In this document: positions 1-7,238 of the stretch, piece by piece | Layout of the letters: each line of letters begins with the position of its first letter | How positions within the stretch are numbered: the stretch's first letter is position 1 | Assembly: GCA_038893995.1 (NCBI GenBank) | Contig: JAWAQK010000035.1 | Coordinates: forward strand, 1-25,741 | Source of the DNA: Candidatus Thorarchaeota archaeon | Lineage (GTDB): Archaea > Asgardarchaeota > Thorarchaeia > Thorarchaeales > Thorarchaeaceae | Direction: 5' to 3' | Length of the DNA stretch: 25,741 bases | Translations under genes and position numbers: made by a program | The notes under the pieces: generated by a model | Told to the model about the DNA's origin: nothing | The model's database searches: none | The model's input: the letters and a program-made list of their open reading frames with translations, nothing else

Positions 1-60
1 GAGCTGTTGGAGCATCGTCACGTGACCACTGTCGATGAGGCCGACGGGAGAATGCCGTGA
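1..60 (+). CDS. possible 3' end of a convergent gene entering from the left edge (ELLEHRHVTTVDEADGRMP*)
   Basis: Frame 1 is open from base 1 to TGA at 58-60 and converges on the oxidoreductase stop at 105. Too short to identify. Confidence 0.25.
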   Translation, partial: ELLEHRHVTTVDEADGRMP

Positions 61-104
61 AGCTCCGAGAGGGACTGATGGCAGCGGACGTGGGGTCGGA
101 GGTC

Positions 105-1466
105 TCACAGTCGGAGTCTCTTTCTCGCTGCATCAGCGCTAGTGACAAGCGGGTCCCACGTATCACACACCGCAGGGGCATAGCAGTTCTCAAAGTCGAA
201 CAGACCATCTGCTCTGAGCCCGGTCTGGATACCTAGCGTGAGAACGTTGAGACGCATGGCCGCATCCTCAAGGCCGACCACCTGACCACCAACGAGCTTC
301 CCACTCTCACGGCTGAAGTAGGACTTCACTCGGATCTTGGTCCCACCAATGTAGTAGGGAGGTTTCGTGAGTCCCATGACGGAGCCCACGACGAGATCAA
401 TGCCATACTTCTTACCCAGCTCCTCCGTGAGACCCGTGCTACCAATCTCAAGTCCAAAGAGCTTTGTGACCTTCGCACCGACGATACCGGGGAACCTTGC
501 CTCACCGCCAGCTGCGTTGATCCCAGCAACTCGTCCCTGACGTACCGCCACGGTACCAAGGCCTGCAACAGTGGGTCTACGAGTGACGAAGTCGACATGC
601 TCTGCACAGTCACCACATGCGAAGACCCCATCCAAATTGGTCCTCATCATATCGTCCACCACGATCCCGCCCGTAGTACCCACATTGACACCGATTGACC
701 TCGCGAGATCGACATTGGGTCGTACTCCCGTCGCGACAACCACTGCATCGGCCGGAATCTCGGAGGTCTCTCCAGTCACTCTGTGCTTGACAAGGACAGA
801 TCTTGGTTCCGCATCGCCAAGGACCTCCATTGCAGCAGTATTCGTCATTATGTGCAGTCCGTGTTCGGTGCAGTGCTTCTCAATCATCTCAGCCACATCG
901 GGGTCGACCATCGCAAGCAACACATTGGGTAGAAACTCGACCACGGTGACATCAATACCGCGTTCCTTCAGGGCCTCAGCGGTCTCCATTCCGATCAGAC
1001 CACCTCCAATCACGACCATGCGTCTTGCCCGTCCAACCTCCTGTGCAAGAGACTTTGCATCATCTATAGTCCTGAGTCTGTAGATGCGTCTCTTGTCCAG
1101 GCCTATCACGGGGGGATCCACGTTGGAGGCGCCTGTCGCAAACACTATGGTTCCGTACTCGAGTCTGTCTTCTCCACCTGGGCCGACAACTGTCAGGATG
1201 TGTGACCCTGAATCAATGCCCGTGACCCATGTGCCCAAGAGCGCACGAATCTTCAGTGTCGACCAGTTCTCAGGAGGCGTCAGGACGAGATCGCGAAAGT
1301 CTCTCACTCTGCCTGATATCGTGTAGGGAAGTCCGCATCGTGAGTATTGTGAGTGCGGTTCTGCATCTATTACCGTGATATCGATGTTCCTGTTGAACTT
1401 CCTCGCCTGCATGGCCGCTGTCGCCCCAGCAGCTCCGCAGCCTATGATCACAATTCCTTCTGTCAA
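105..1466 (-). CDS. FAD-dependent pyridine nucleotide-disulfide oxidoreductase, CoA-disulfide reductase / NADH oxidase / NSR-like family
   Basis: Motifs: FAD-binding GCGAAG, redox Cys in YSRCGLPY, ATG motifs, NADH-type GGGLIGME followed by VVEF, FACGDC, and a C-terminal YAP..WDP dimerisation motif. TTG start with GGTGAG Shine-Dalgarno just upstream. Confidence 0.92.
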   Translation of the reverse strand: MTEGIVIIGCGAAGATAAMQARKFNRNIDITVIDAEPHSQYSRCGLPYTISGRVRDFRDLVLTPPENWSTLKIRALLGTWVTGIDSGSHILTVVGPGGEDRLEYGTIVFATGASNVDPPVIGLDKRRIYRLRTIDDAKSLAQEVGRARRMVVIGGGLIGMETAEALKERGIDVTVVEFLPNVLLAMVDPDVAEMIEKHCTEHGLHIMTNTAAMEVLGDAEPRSVLVKHRVTGETSEIPADAVVVATGVRPNVDLARSIGVNVGTTGGIVVDDMMRTNLDGVFACGDCAEHVDFVTRRPTVAGLGTVAVRQGRVAGINAAGGEARFPGIVGAKVTKLFGLEIGSTGLTEELGKKYGIDLVVGSVMGLTKPPYYIGGTKIRVKSYFSRESGKLVGGQVVGLEDAAMRLNVLTLGIQTGLRADGLFDFENCYAPAVCDTWDPLVTSADAARKRLRL

Positions 1467-1618
1467 TCGGACTCACCATCTGGGGAGGGTGACAAGTGTC
1501 GTGCGGAAGGAGAAAATCAATCTTTGGGACGTGTCAACCATGAGGACCGCGTCTATGCTGTCCGGTGTCCCGGGACTGATTCGTGACCGACTCACGAGTC
1601 CTGGATGCGACTCAGTCT

Positions 1619-3070
1619 TCATTGACTCCCTGTGGTATCGGAGTCCCCAGTCCTGGTAGTTGGCTCAGCTGCAGGTCCTGTCTCTGCACCGGAGTCAGCC
1701 TCTGTCTCCGTACTCTCCCCAGGTGTTTCATGAGGATGTTCCTCAATAGTGACCCTGAGTTTCTGGATCTGGGTCTTTCGGGCGAAGAACAGTGAGACCA
1801 TCACGGCAACGGAGAGCACTGCACCGACAAATGTGAGCGTGGTCTGGAACGAGCTTGCAGCACCCCCCAGTAGCTGTTGCCATGTCAGGATGAGAAACAT
1901 GAGCCCAGCGCTGTTGGTCACAAAGCCCCTGAACGGGGTCTCAACCTTGGTGATCTCAGTCAGTCCAGTGTCCACCATCGCAGCTCCGACAACCCCTGCG
2001 TTGTACTGACTCAGCTTTGTGGCCTTTGAGAGCCGCTTTATCGAGAGGGCCTTCTTCTTGTCCAACACCCTGATTGCCTGCGGACTCTTGGAGATCAGAT
2101 ACTCTGCGTACATCTGCGAGGCCTCAGTGAGACTGATGTGGCACTTGGTGCACTCTGTCAGCTCTCTGTGCCACTTTGCCTTGCACTTGGGACATTTCTT
2201 CCGTGGAAATACATCAGGAGCGACCTCGCGAAGACGCTGGTTGAGTCGAAACTCGCTCACCCCGTCAGATGACTTCTTCTTGCCCTTCTTCCCGCCTCCA
2301 CCGGTCAGCGTGACAGCCGTCAGCGAGAACAGAGCGGGGAGTGCCCCTATTACCGTCAGGTTTGGTAGAGTTCGGAGTTCGCCTGCCTTCTTCTGAATGC
2401 TCCGAATCTTGTGAGCAGTAGATAGTCCGTCCAGCAGGGCCTTGAAGTTGATGGCAACACCACTCACAGCACCGACTGTGGCGACGGTCGTGACTGCACC
2501 TACAACGGACGTCACTACATCTAACAGATTGCCAGGGGGAATCAGGACGAAGAACACTCTATTGAAGGTGCGTGGTGACTGGGTCGCGGGGTCATCCCCA
2601 TCGAGATAGTAGTAGAAGTCTACTGACGTCTCGTATATCCCGGTGACAGCTGAGATGGACAGCGTGCCCACCTGAGTCGTCAGTATCTCTGCCAGGTTGA
2701 GCTCAGCGTCGACCTCGGGAAGCGATGTGTTGGGAGGGATCATGTACTCCCCAAACGCCTGCCGGATGTCGATAGTAAACACCTTGAAGCCCTGATAGTG
2801 GAAATTGATCGCACCAGTGAAATTGTAGACGGCCACACTACTGGTCACGTTGACTCTCAGAGTCAGTAGAGTGGGCCGGCCCGTATTGATCTCGATGGGA
2901 TTAGTCTGATCTGCAGTGGTGATACTACGATTGTCGACTGCGAGGTAGATCTTGATATTGGCATCGCCAAACCAGTCACCTGGTGTCAGCGCGGTAGCAG
3001 CAGTAGTGTCACAGCCGGCCACGACAACCAACAACTGCAGAACGAGAATGAGGTGAACTAGTGTGCGCAT
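1619..3070 (-). CDS. uncharacterised multi-pass membrane protein: signal peptide with lipobox-like VAGC, extracellular beta-rich domain, TM helices, Zn-ribbon, putative winged HTH, two C-terminal TMs, acidic tail
   Basis: 483-484 aa ORF with a hydrophobic N-terminus ending VVVAGC, CPKC-x10-CTKC at 2141-2194 and hydrophobic stretches. AAGGTGG SD precedes TTG(3073)/ATG(3070). Confidence 0.8.
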   Translation of the reverse strand: MRTLVHLILVLQLLVVVAGCDTTAATALTPGDWFGDANIKIYLAVDNRSITTADQTNPIEINTGRPTLLTLRVNVTSSVAVYNFTGAINFHYQGFKVFTIDIRQAFGEYMIPPNTSLPEVDAELNLAEILTTQVGTLSISAVTGIYETSVDFYYYLDGDDPATQSPRTFNRVFFVLIPPGNLLDVVTSVVGAVTTVATVGAVSGVAINFKALLDGLSTAHKIRSIQKKAGELRTLPNLTVIGALPALFSLTAVTLTGGGGKKGKKKSSDGVSEFRLNQRLREVAPDVFPRKKCPKCKAKWHRELTECTKCHISLTEASQMYAEYLISKSPQAIRVLDKKKALSIKRLSKATKLSQYNAGVVGAAMVDTGLTEITKVETPFRGFVTNSAGLMFLILTWQQLLGGAASSFQTTLTFVGAVLSVAVMVSLFFARKTQIQKLRVTIEEHPHETPGESTETEADSGAETGPAAEPTTRTGDSDTTGSQ

Positions 3071-3112
3071 CAAATGCCACCTTCAGGTCAGAGTGAGGTT
3101 GTGTTCATTCTC

Positions 3113-3126
3113 TGTTAAGCATTTTG
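3113..3126 (-). promoter_or_regulatory. putative BRE/TATA element (AAAATGCTTAAC on - strand) for the 484-aa membrane protein
   Basis: AT-rich island in a GC-rich background, ~45 nt upstream of the start codon. Confidence 0.35.
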
Positions 3127-3206
3127 TGTCTCTCTAGGTTGGGGTACGAAAGCGTGAGGGATGATGCAGCCCTGTCGATGACCCGCTCTCGAATGCGCAG
3201 GGACCA

Positions 3207-3221
3207 GGAACGTCTTTAAGT
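3207..3221 (+). promoter_or_regulatory. putative BRE/TATA (AGGAACGTCTTTAAG) for the NlpC/P60 gene
   Basis: TTTAAG at 3215-3220 preceded by purines. AAGGTG SD at ~3246-3251 and TTG start at 3258. Confidence 0.5.
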
Positions 3222-3257
3222 CGGATTGTACAATGATGGCAGACAAGGTGCCGACGC

Positions 3258-4442
3258 TTGAACAGAGGAAAGGGTCTGTTCCTGGTAATACTGACCGCAT
3301 TCATGCTGGTCGTGGTGTCAGCACCACCGGCGTCGGTATCGGCATTCGCCAGTGATGGCGTGAATCAGGTGAGCTATAACGGCGCATTGCCCGGGGACAT
3401 CATCGTTCTCGGCACACCTGGATCGTTCTTCGACTATCTCATACCAGGTCAGTTCCAGCACACGGTGATCTACTGTGGGCTGGTGCAGCCTGGAGAACAG
3501 ATATGGGACCGCACGAACAAGGTCTGGATGGCTGTTGGCACACCGTACTGCATCCATTCCACCAAGAGTGACGTGCAGGGAAACGGTCTTGGATATGACA
3601 CCTGGTACACGGCCGTCAACGCTCACGCAGAAGATGCACTCGTTCTGAGAGTGCTCAAGCCAAATGGATCCCCCTTGACATCCTCAGAGAGAGCGGCTGT
3701 CGTCAATTTCCTCAAGTCCCAGCTGTCTGGCGGAACTGACGGATACCCCGTTGGACCCGCGTACGACTGGGGCTGGACGAGCAAGCAGGTCTATGCCAGC
3801 GAGACAAACCCCCTCTCCGGCGTGGCTGGCTACTACTGCTCTGAGGCGGCATGGGCCGCATACTACCAAGTGCTGGGCATCGATCTCGACAGCGAGACAA
3901 GCCCACTAGGTCTTGGAGTATCTCCCGACGACCTCCTTCACAGTCAGTATACATCCGTGATCGCTGGAGAGATAGGCGCTTCCACGTGGTCTGCATCAGC
4001 AGGCCTATACAAGCTGACCGTCTATCTCTACGAGATATACTACGACAACGACTATGACCCATGGCCGTTGGGTGCTGGTGAGATGTACGTGAAGAGCTTC
4101 TCCGGTGACGGGATCTTCCCAACCGAACAGGGCTATCCGGGCAGCGGTAAGATAGGCCTCACCCCGGACGGCTACTGGTCACGTGACGGAGCAGGTCCGC
4201 TCGTATGGAACAAGTACTTCTACACCATCATCAACTACGGACGGGATGCGAAGGTCCGGATCGAGGCATGGGAGGACGACGATATTGACAGTGACGATCA
4301 GTATCCAGTCTGGCAGTGGTACTGGTCGCCATCGACGTGGCATCAATACATCAATGCTGGATGGTACTGGTCTGGCTCCAGGGTCGATCTTGGCGATTGT
4401 CGATACACGGTCTACTTCAGAATAGATTCAGTGACCTGGTAG
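3258..4442 (+). CDS. secreted permuted papain-like NlpC/P60 enzyme (YiiX/YaeF/LRAT-like) with C-terminal C2-like domain
   Basis: Signal peptide, then PGDIIVL, QHTVIY (His, 3459), GPAYDW, YYCSEAAWAAY (Cys, 3837) and VSPDDL. His before Cys is the circularly permuted order. The C-terminal region shows D-x-D..G..YV...WN..F...IEAWEDDDIDSDD. Confidence 0.85.
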   Translation: MNRGKGLFLVILTAFMLVVVSAPPASVSAFASDGVNQVSYNGALPGDIIVLGTPGSFFDYLIPGQFQHTVIYCGLVQPGEQIWDRTNKVWMAVGTPYCIHSTKSDVQGNGLGYDTWYTAVNAHAEDALVLRVLKPNGSPLTSSERAAVVNFLKSQLSGGTDGYPVGPAYDWGWTSKQVYASETNPLSGVAGYYCSEAAWAAYYQVLGIDLDSETSPLGLGVSPDDLLHSQYTSVIAGEIGASTWSASAGLYKLTVYLYEIYYDNDYDPWPLGAGEMYVKSFSGDGIFPTEQGYPGSGKIGLTPDGYWSRDGAGPLVWNKYFYTIINYGRDAKVRIEAWEDDDIDSDDQYPVWQWYWSPSTWHQYINAGWYWSGSRVDLGDCRYTVYFRIDSVTW

Positions 4443-4465
4443 GGTGACTGCCCCTCCAGGCCCAC

Positions 4466-4471
4466 TTTTTT
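4466..4471 (+). terminator. oligo-T archaeal terminator candidate
   Basis: T6 run 24 nt after the NlpC/P60 stop codon. Confidence 0.45.
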
Positions 4472-4488
4472 CAGGCCACGAGCGGTGG

Positions 4489-4496
4489 TTAAGTAA
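4489..4496 (+). promoter_or_regulatory. putative TATA box (TTAAGTAA) for a near-leaderless SSB transcript
   Basis: Lies ~25 nt upstream of ATG 4518, the canonical archaeal spacing. No SD is visible. Confidence 0.45.
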
Positions 4497-4517
4497 TGTT
4501 CTACATTCAAGAGAAAT

Positions 4518-5012
4518 ATGATGAAACCGGACGAACTCTCGTGTACGGCGCCCGTCGATGATGTCGCATCAGTCAGGATAGTGGACCTTCCGAGGACCAG
4601 AGGACTGGTCAGTCTGGTGTTCAGAGTCGTTTCGAAGGAGAGGCCCCGGATCGTCTTCTCAAGGAGGATGGGCAGGAGACTGCTTGTCACGAATGTGAAG
4701 ATTGCGGACCCGACAGGTCAGATGACTATGGCACTGTGGAACGAGGATGCCGCCGAGGTGGAAGTCGGGAGCACTTATAGGCTCACTGCAGGATATGTCA
4801 GAGTCCGAGATGAGTGCATGATACTGAACAGATCTCGTCGCGGCTGCCTGATCAGACTCACAGACATGGAGATTGCGACCGCAGACTCTCCGGACATAAG
4901 TGAGCCTCTGTTCGGGAAGAGGAGGAGAGTATCAATGCCTTTGTCCGTCAGACTGTTCGACGGAACGACCGGGCCAGCTCATGGGGAACGTTCTGATCAA
5001 CGAGAGTTCTGA
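4518..5012 (+). CDS. single OB-fold nucleic-acid-binding protein (crenarchaeal SSB / RPA-like)
   Basis: I.DL......V.L..RV......R.V..R.......V....IAD.TG.M...LWNE.A..VEVG..Y.L..GYV pattern typical of Sulfolobus-type SSB/RPA OB folds, plus a flexible tail. Confidence 0.8.
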   Translation: MMKPDELSCTAPVDDVASVRIVDLPRTRGLVSLVFRVVSKERPRIVFSRRMGRRLLVTNVKIADPTGQMTMALWNEDAAEVEVGSTYRLTAGYVRVRDECMILNRSRRGCLIRLTDMEIATADSPDISEPLFGKRRRVSMPLSVRLFDGTTGPAHGERSDQREF

Positions 5013-5068
5013 CTGATGACCGCAAGTCCTTTCTTGGGGTAGATCCCTATGGACCAGGGGTCTGTCGA

Positions 5069-5965
5069 GTGAGGATCCAAGTCGATGGTGTAGAGATACC
5101 ATACCCAGACATGGTACTGAGGGCGAGACTGAGACTCGCAGGCCTACGGTCCCTAGACATAGAAACGATCATCAGCAGCATCATTGCGGACTCGGACAAG
5201 ATACTCGACGAGCCACAGATTGTTGGCAAGACGGTATCACTTGCGAGGAACATCGTGAGTGACGCAGACGTTCTAGCTCGAATCGAGGTCGTGTTCGGAT
5301 TCTATGCAAAACGACTGGGGAGAAGGACCCAGCCCATAGTCCTGCTGCTGGAGGGTGCGTCGGCCACGGGGAAGTCACTTCTTGCAGTAGAGTTGATACA
5401 GGACCTGGCAGCCACCCGCGTCGTGACCACGGATACGGTCAGACAGGTGCTGAGGACGATCATGGACGAGGAGACCTATCCCGAACTGTTCTGCCATACC
5501 TATCAGGCCTACCAGAGACGACTCGCGGGCCCAGAGGAACTAGACCCCATGGTCAGAGGGTATCTGGCCCAGACCCGTGTCGTGATGCCATATGTGCTTG
5601 ACACAGTCGAGAGGATCGTCAGAGAGGGAGCCGACGCAGTTGTCGAGGGTGTACACATCGTTCCTGGCGATGCAACTGAGCTGGTGCCAGGCGTAATTGA
5701 GGCAGTCATAGACCCACCAGAAGATGTTCACCGAGCCATGTTCATAGACAAGAGCAGGAGCAGTGGCCTGAATACAGTCACACAGGACTCTGCCGAGAGG
5801 ACCCGCGAGTGGGAGGCCGCGAGGAGCATACAGAAGTATCTCGTTGATGTGGCCGTTCAGAGAGGCGTTCCCGTGATCCCACTCAGGGACTACGACACTG
5901 CAATCAATGAGTTGAGAGGACTCGTGATAGCAAGGATGAGGGAGCTGGCCTCTCTGACAGACTAG
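5069..5965 (+). CDS. 2-phosphoglycerate kinase-family P-loop kinase
   Basis: Walker A LLEGASATGKS, TTDTVRQVLR, HTYQAY, GYLAQ and VVEGVHIVPG. The N-terminal region resembles a degenerate ATP-cone. GTG start. Confidence 0.82.
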   Translation: MRIQVDGVEIPYPDMVLRARLRLAGLRSLDIETIISSIIADSDKILDEPQIVGKTVSLARNIVSDADVLARIEVVFGFYAKRLGRRTQPIVLLLEGASATGKSLLAVELIQDLAATRVVTTDTVRQVLRTIMDEETYPELFCHTYQAYQRRLAGPEELDPMVRGYLAQTRVVMPYVLDTVERIVREGADAVVEGVHIVPGDATELVPGVIEAVIDPPEDVHRAMFIDKSRSSGLNTVTQDSAERTREWEAARSIQKYLVDVAVQRGVPVIPLRDYDTAINELRGLVIARMRELASLTD

Positions 5966-6093
5966 AGATGGACATGGGGCCTCGGGGCCTGTGCGAGACA
6001 CGAACCTGCGATGTGTGGCACATGGCGTCCAGTCACGGCATCCCCAGGGAGGGTGACACTCCTGCTCACACGACGGGGGTCGATCCTCATGGT

Positions 6094-6906
6094 CTACGGG
6101 CCAGGGCTCAATACGAGAAACCTGTACTCGTCCTTGTGATGCCTGAGCGGGAGTTCGGAGGGGTCTCTGTAGATGCTCACACTGCCATGGCGGGGGGCCA
6201 CCTCCACTGCCTCGAGAATGATGAACCCCGCCGCCCTGAGGAGGCTTACGTTGTCGAGCGGATATAGAAGGCCGGGTTGTGTCACTATCAGTGTCGAACT
6301 GTCGGCCATCACTCTCTGGATCTCTCTGAGGCACTCCATCACACCATCGTGCATGCAGTAGTACTCACTGAGGAAGCCTATCACGTCGTTGTTCATGATT
6401 CCAACATCGAACACGCCAGCCGGTATCGACAAGTGTGCCTCAATGTGAGTGTCGAGTGCATTCCAGCTGGCTGGACGATCGCTGCCTGTCACAGCAGGAG
6501 GTCCAGTGATGCGTGCCGACTTGCTCATGGACTCCAACTTCGCATGCACAGTCCTGAACCCATCAAGGATGCCCTCTTCCATGAGCCGTGATGTGAGCCC
6601 CTCGAGTCGTAGCTCGTGCGAATCGATGCAATATACGACAGGACGAGGTCGTAGCTGCGGGCTGATACAAGATAGAAAGAAGATGGGCACACTTGCATTC
6701 TCACCAGATGCAAAGTCTGCTACTAGCAGATGGTTGCCACGACTGCTGAATATCCTCTGTCGTATGGTGGGACTGCGAAGGATCCAATCAAGATGGGTTG
6801 TGGTAGTCTTCCGACCCTTTCCCGAATGAGACTCTATCGAGCTGTTCATCAGACCCATCAGGTCGATTGCTGACTTGGATTTTAACTCCATGCTGACTTG
6901 ACGCAT
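6094..6906 (-). CDS. class I SAM-dependent methyltransferase-like protein
   Basis: Motif I-like LLVADFASGEN, YCIDS, FDVGIMN and CLREIQRVMADSSTLIV (variant of 'l.ei.RvLkpgG.l'). The start may be ATG 6891. Confidence 0.7.
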   Translation of the reverse strand: MRQVSMELKSKSAIDLMGLMNSSIESHSGKGRKTTTTHLDWILRSPTIRQRIFSSRGNHLLVADFASGENASVPIFFLSCISPQLRPRPVVYCIDSHELRLEGLTSRLMEEGILDGFRTVHAKLESMSKSARITGPPAVTGSDRPASWNALDTHIEAHLSIPAGVFDVGIMNNDVIGFLSEYYCMHDGVMECLREIQRVMADSSTLIVTQPGLLYPLDNVSLLRAAGFIILEAVEVAPRHGSVSIYRDPSELPLRHHKDEYRFLVLSPGP

Positions 6907-7238
6907 CAGGACACGAGCCGGGGGGAAACTGGATGCGTGTGCGAGATGATTCTGAAGGAGAGTGCTACTGGTGACTACGACGACGCTTAGGTCTCAATGG
7001 GGGCCCCAATCAAGACAACGCGGGACATCTAGTCTCAGGATAGATGAGATGAGACGTGGGGAGAACGTCGACAGACTGCTCCCACCGACCGGGGTAGCAC
7101 CGGCCCACGGTGTCGAGCGGAGGTCGTAGGGGGCAGCCATCGAGGCCCACCAGACAAAGAACTGACGTTTCAGCAGCCCGGTCAGACCCCCGAAAGACAA
7201 ATATCCGTACCAGAGCCCTGACCAGCACGGTCATTGCA

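Noticed and set aside
105-1466. Functional NSR-MBX sulfur-reduction link with the membrane complex
   Set aside because: The genes are 15 kb apart with unrelated genes between them, and the D subunit lacks the Mbx-type Cys.
5540-6334. 264-aa minus-strand ORF and the many other short antisense/alternate-frame ORFs
   Set aside because: They are shadows of well-supported genes in GC-rich DNA, with Pro/Arg/Ser-rich composition and no motifs.
6868-6900. 10-bp direct repeat TGCTGACTTG x2 near the methyltransferase start
   Set aside because: Only two short copies, compatible with chance. It could be an operator but this is unsupported.
7110-7238. Basic N-terminal extension of the 1101-aa protein
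   Set aside because: The signal peptide begins at ATG 7239, and the upstream part looks like promoter/UTR sequence (AT-rich AAATAT ~35 nt upstream).
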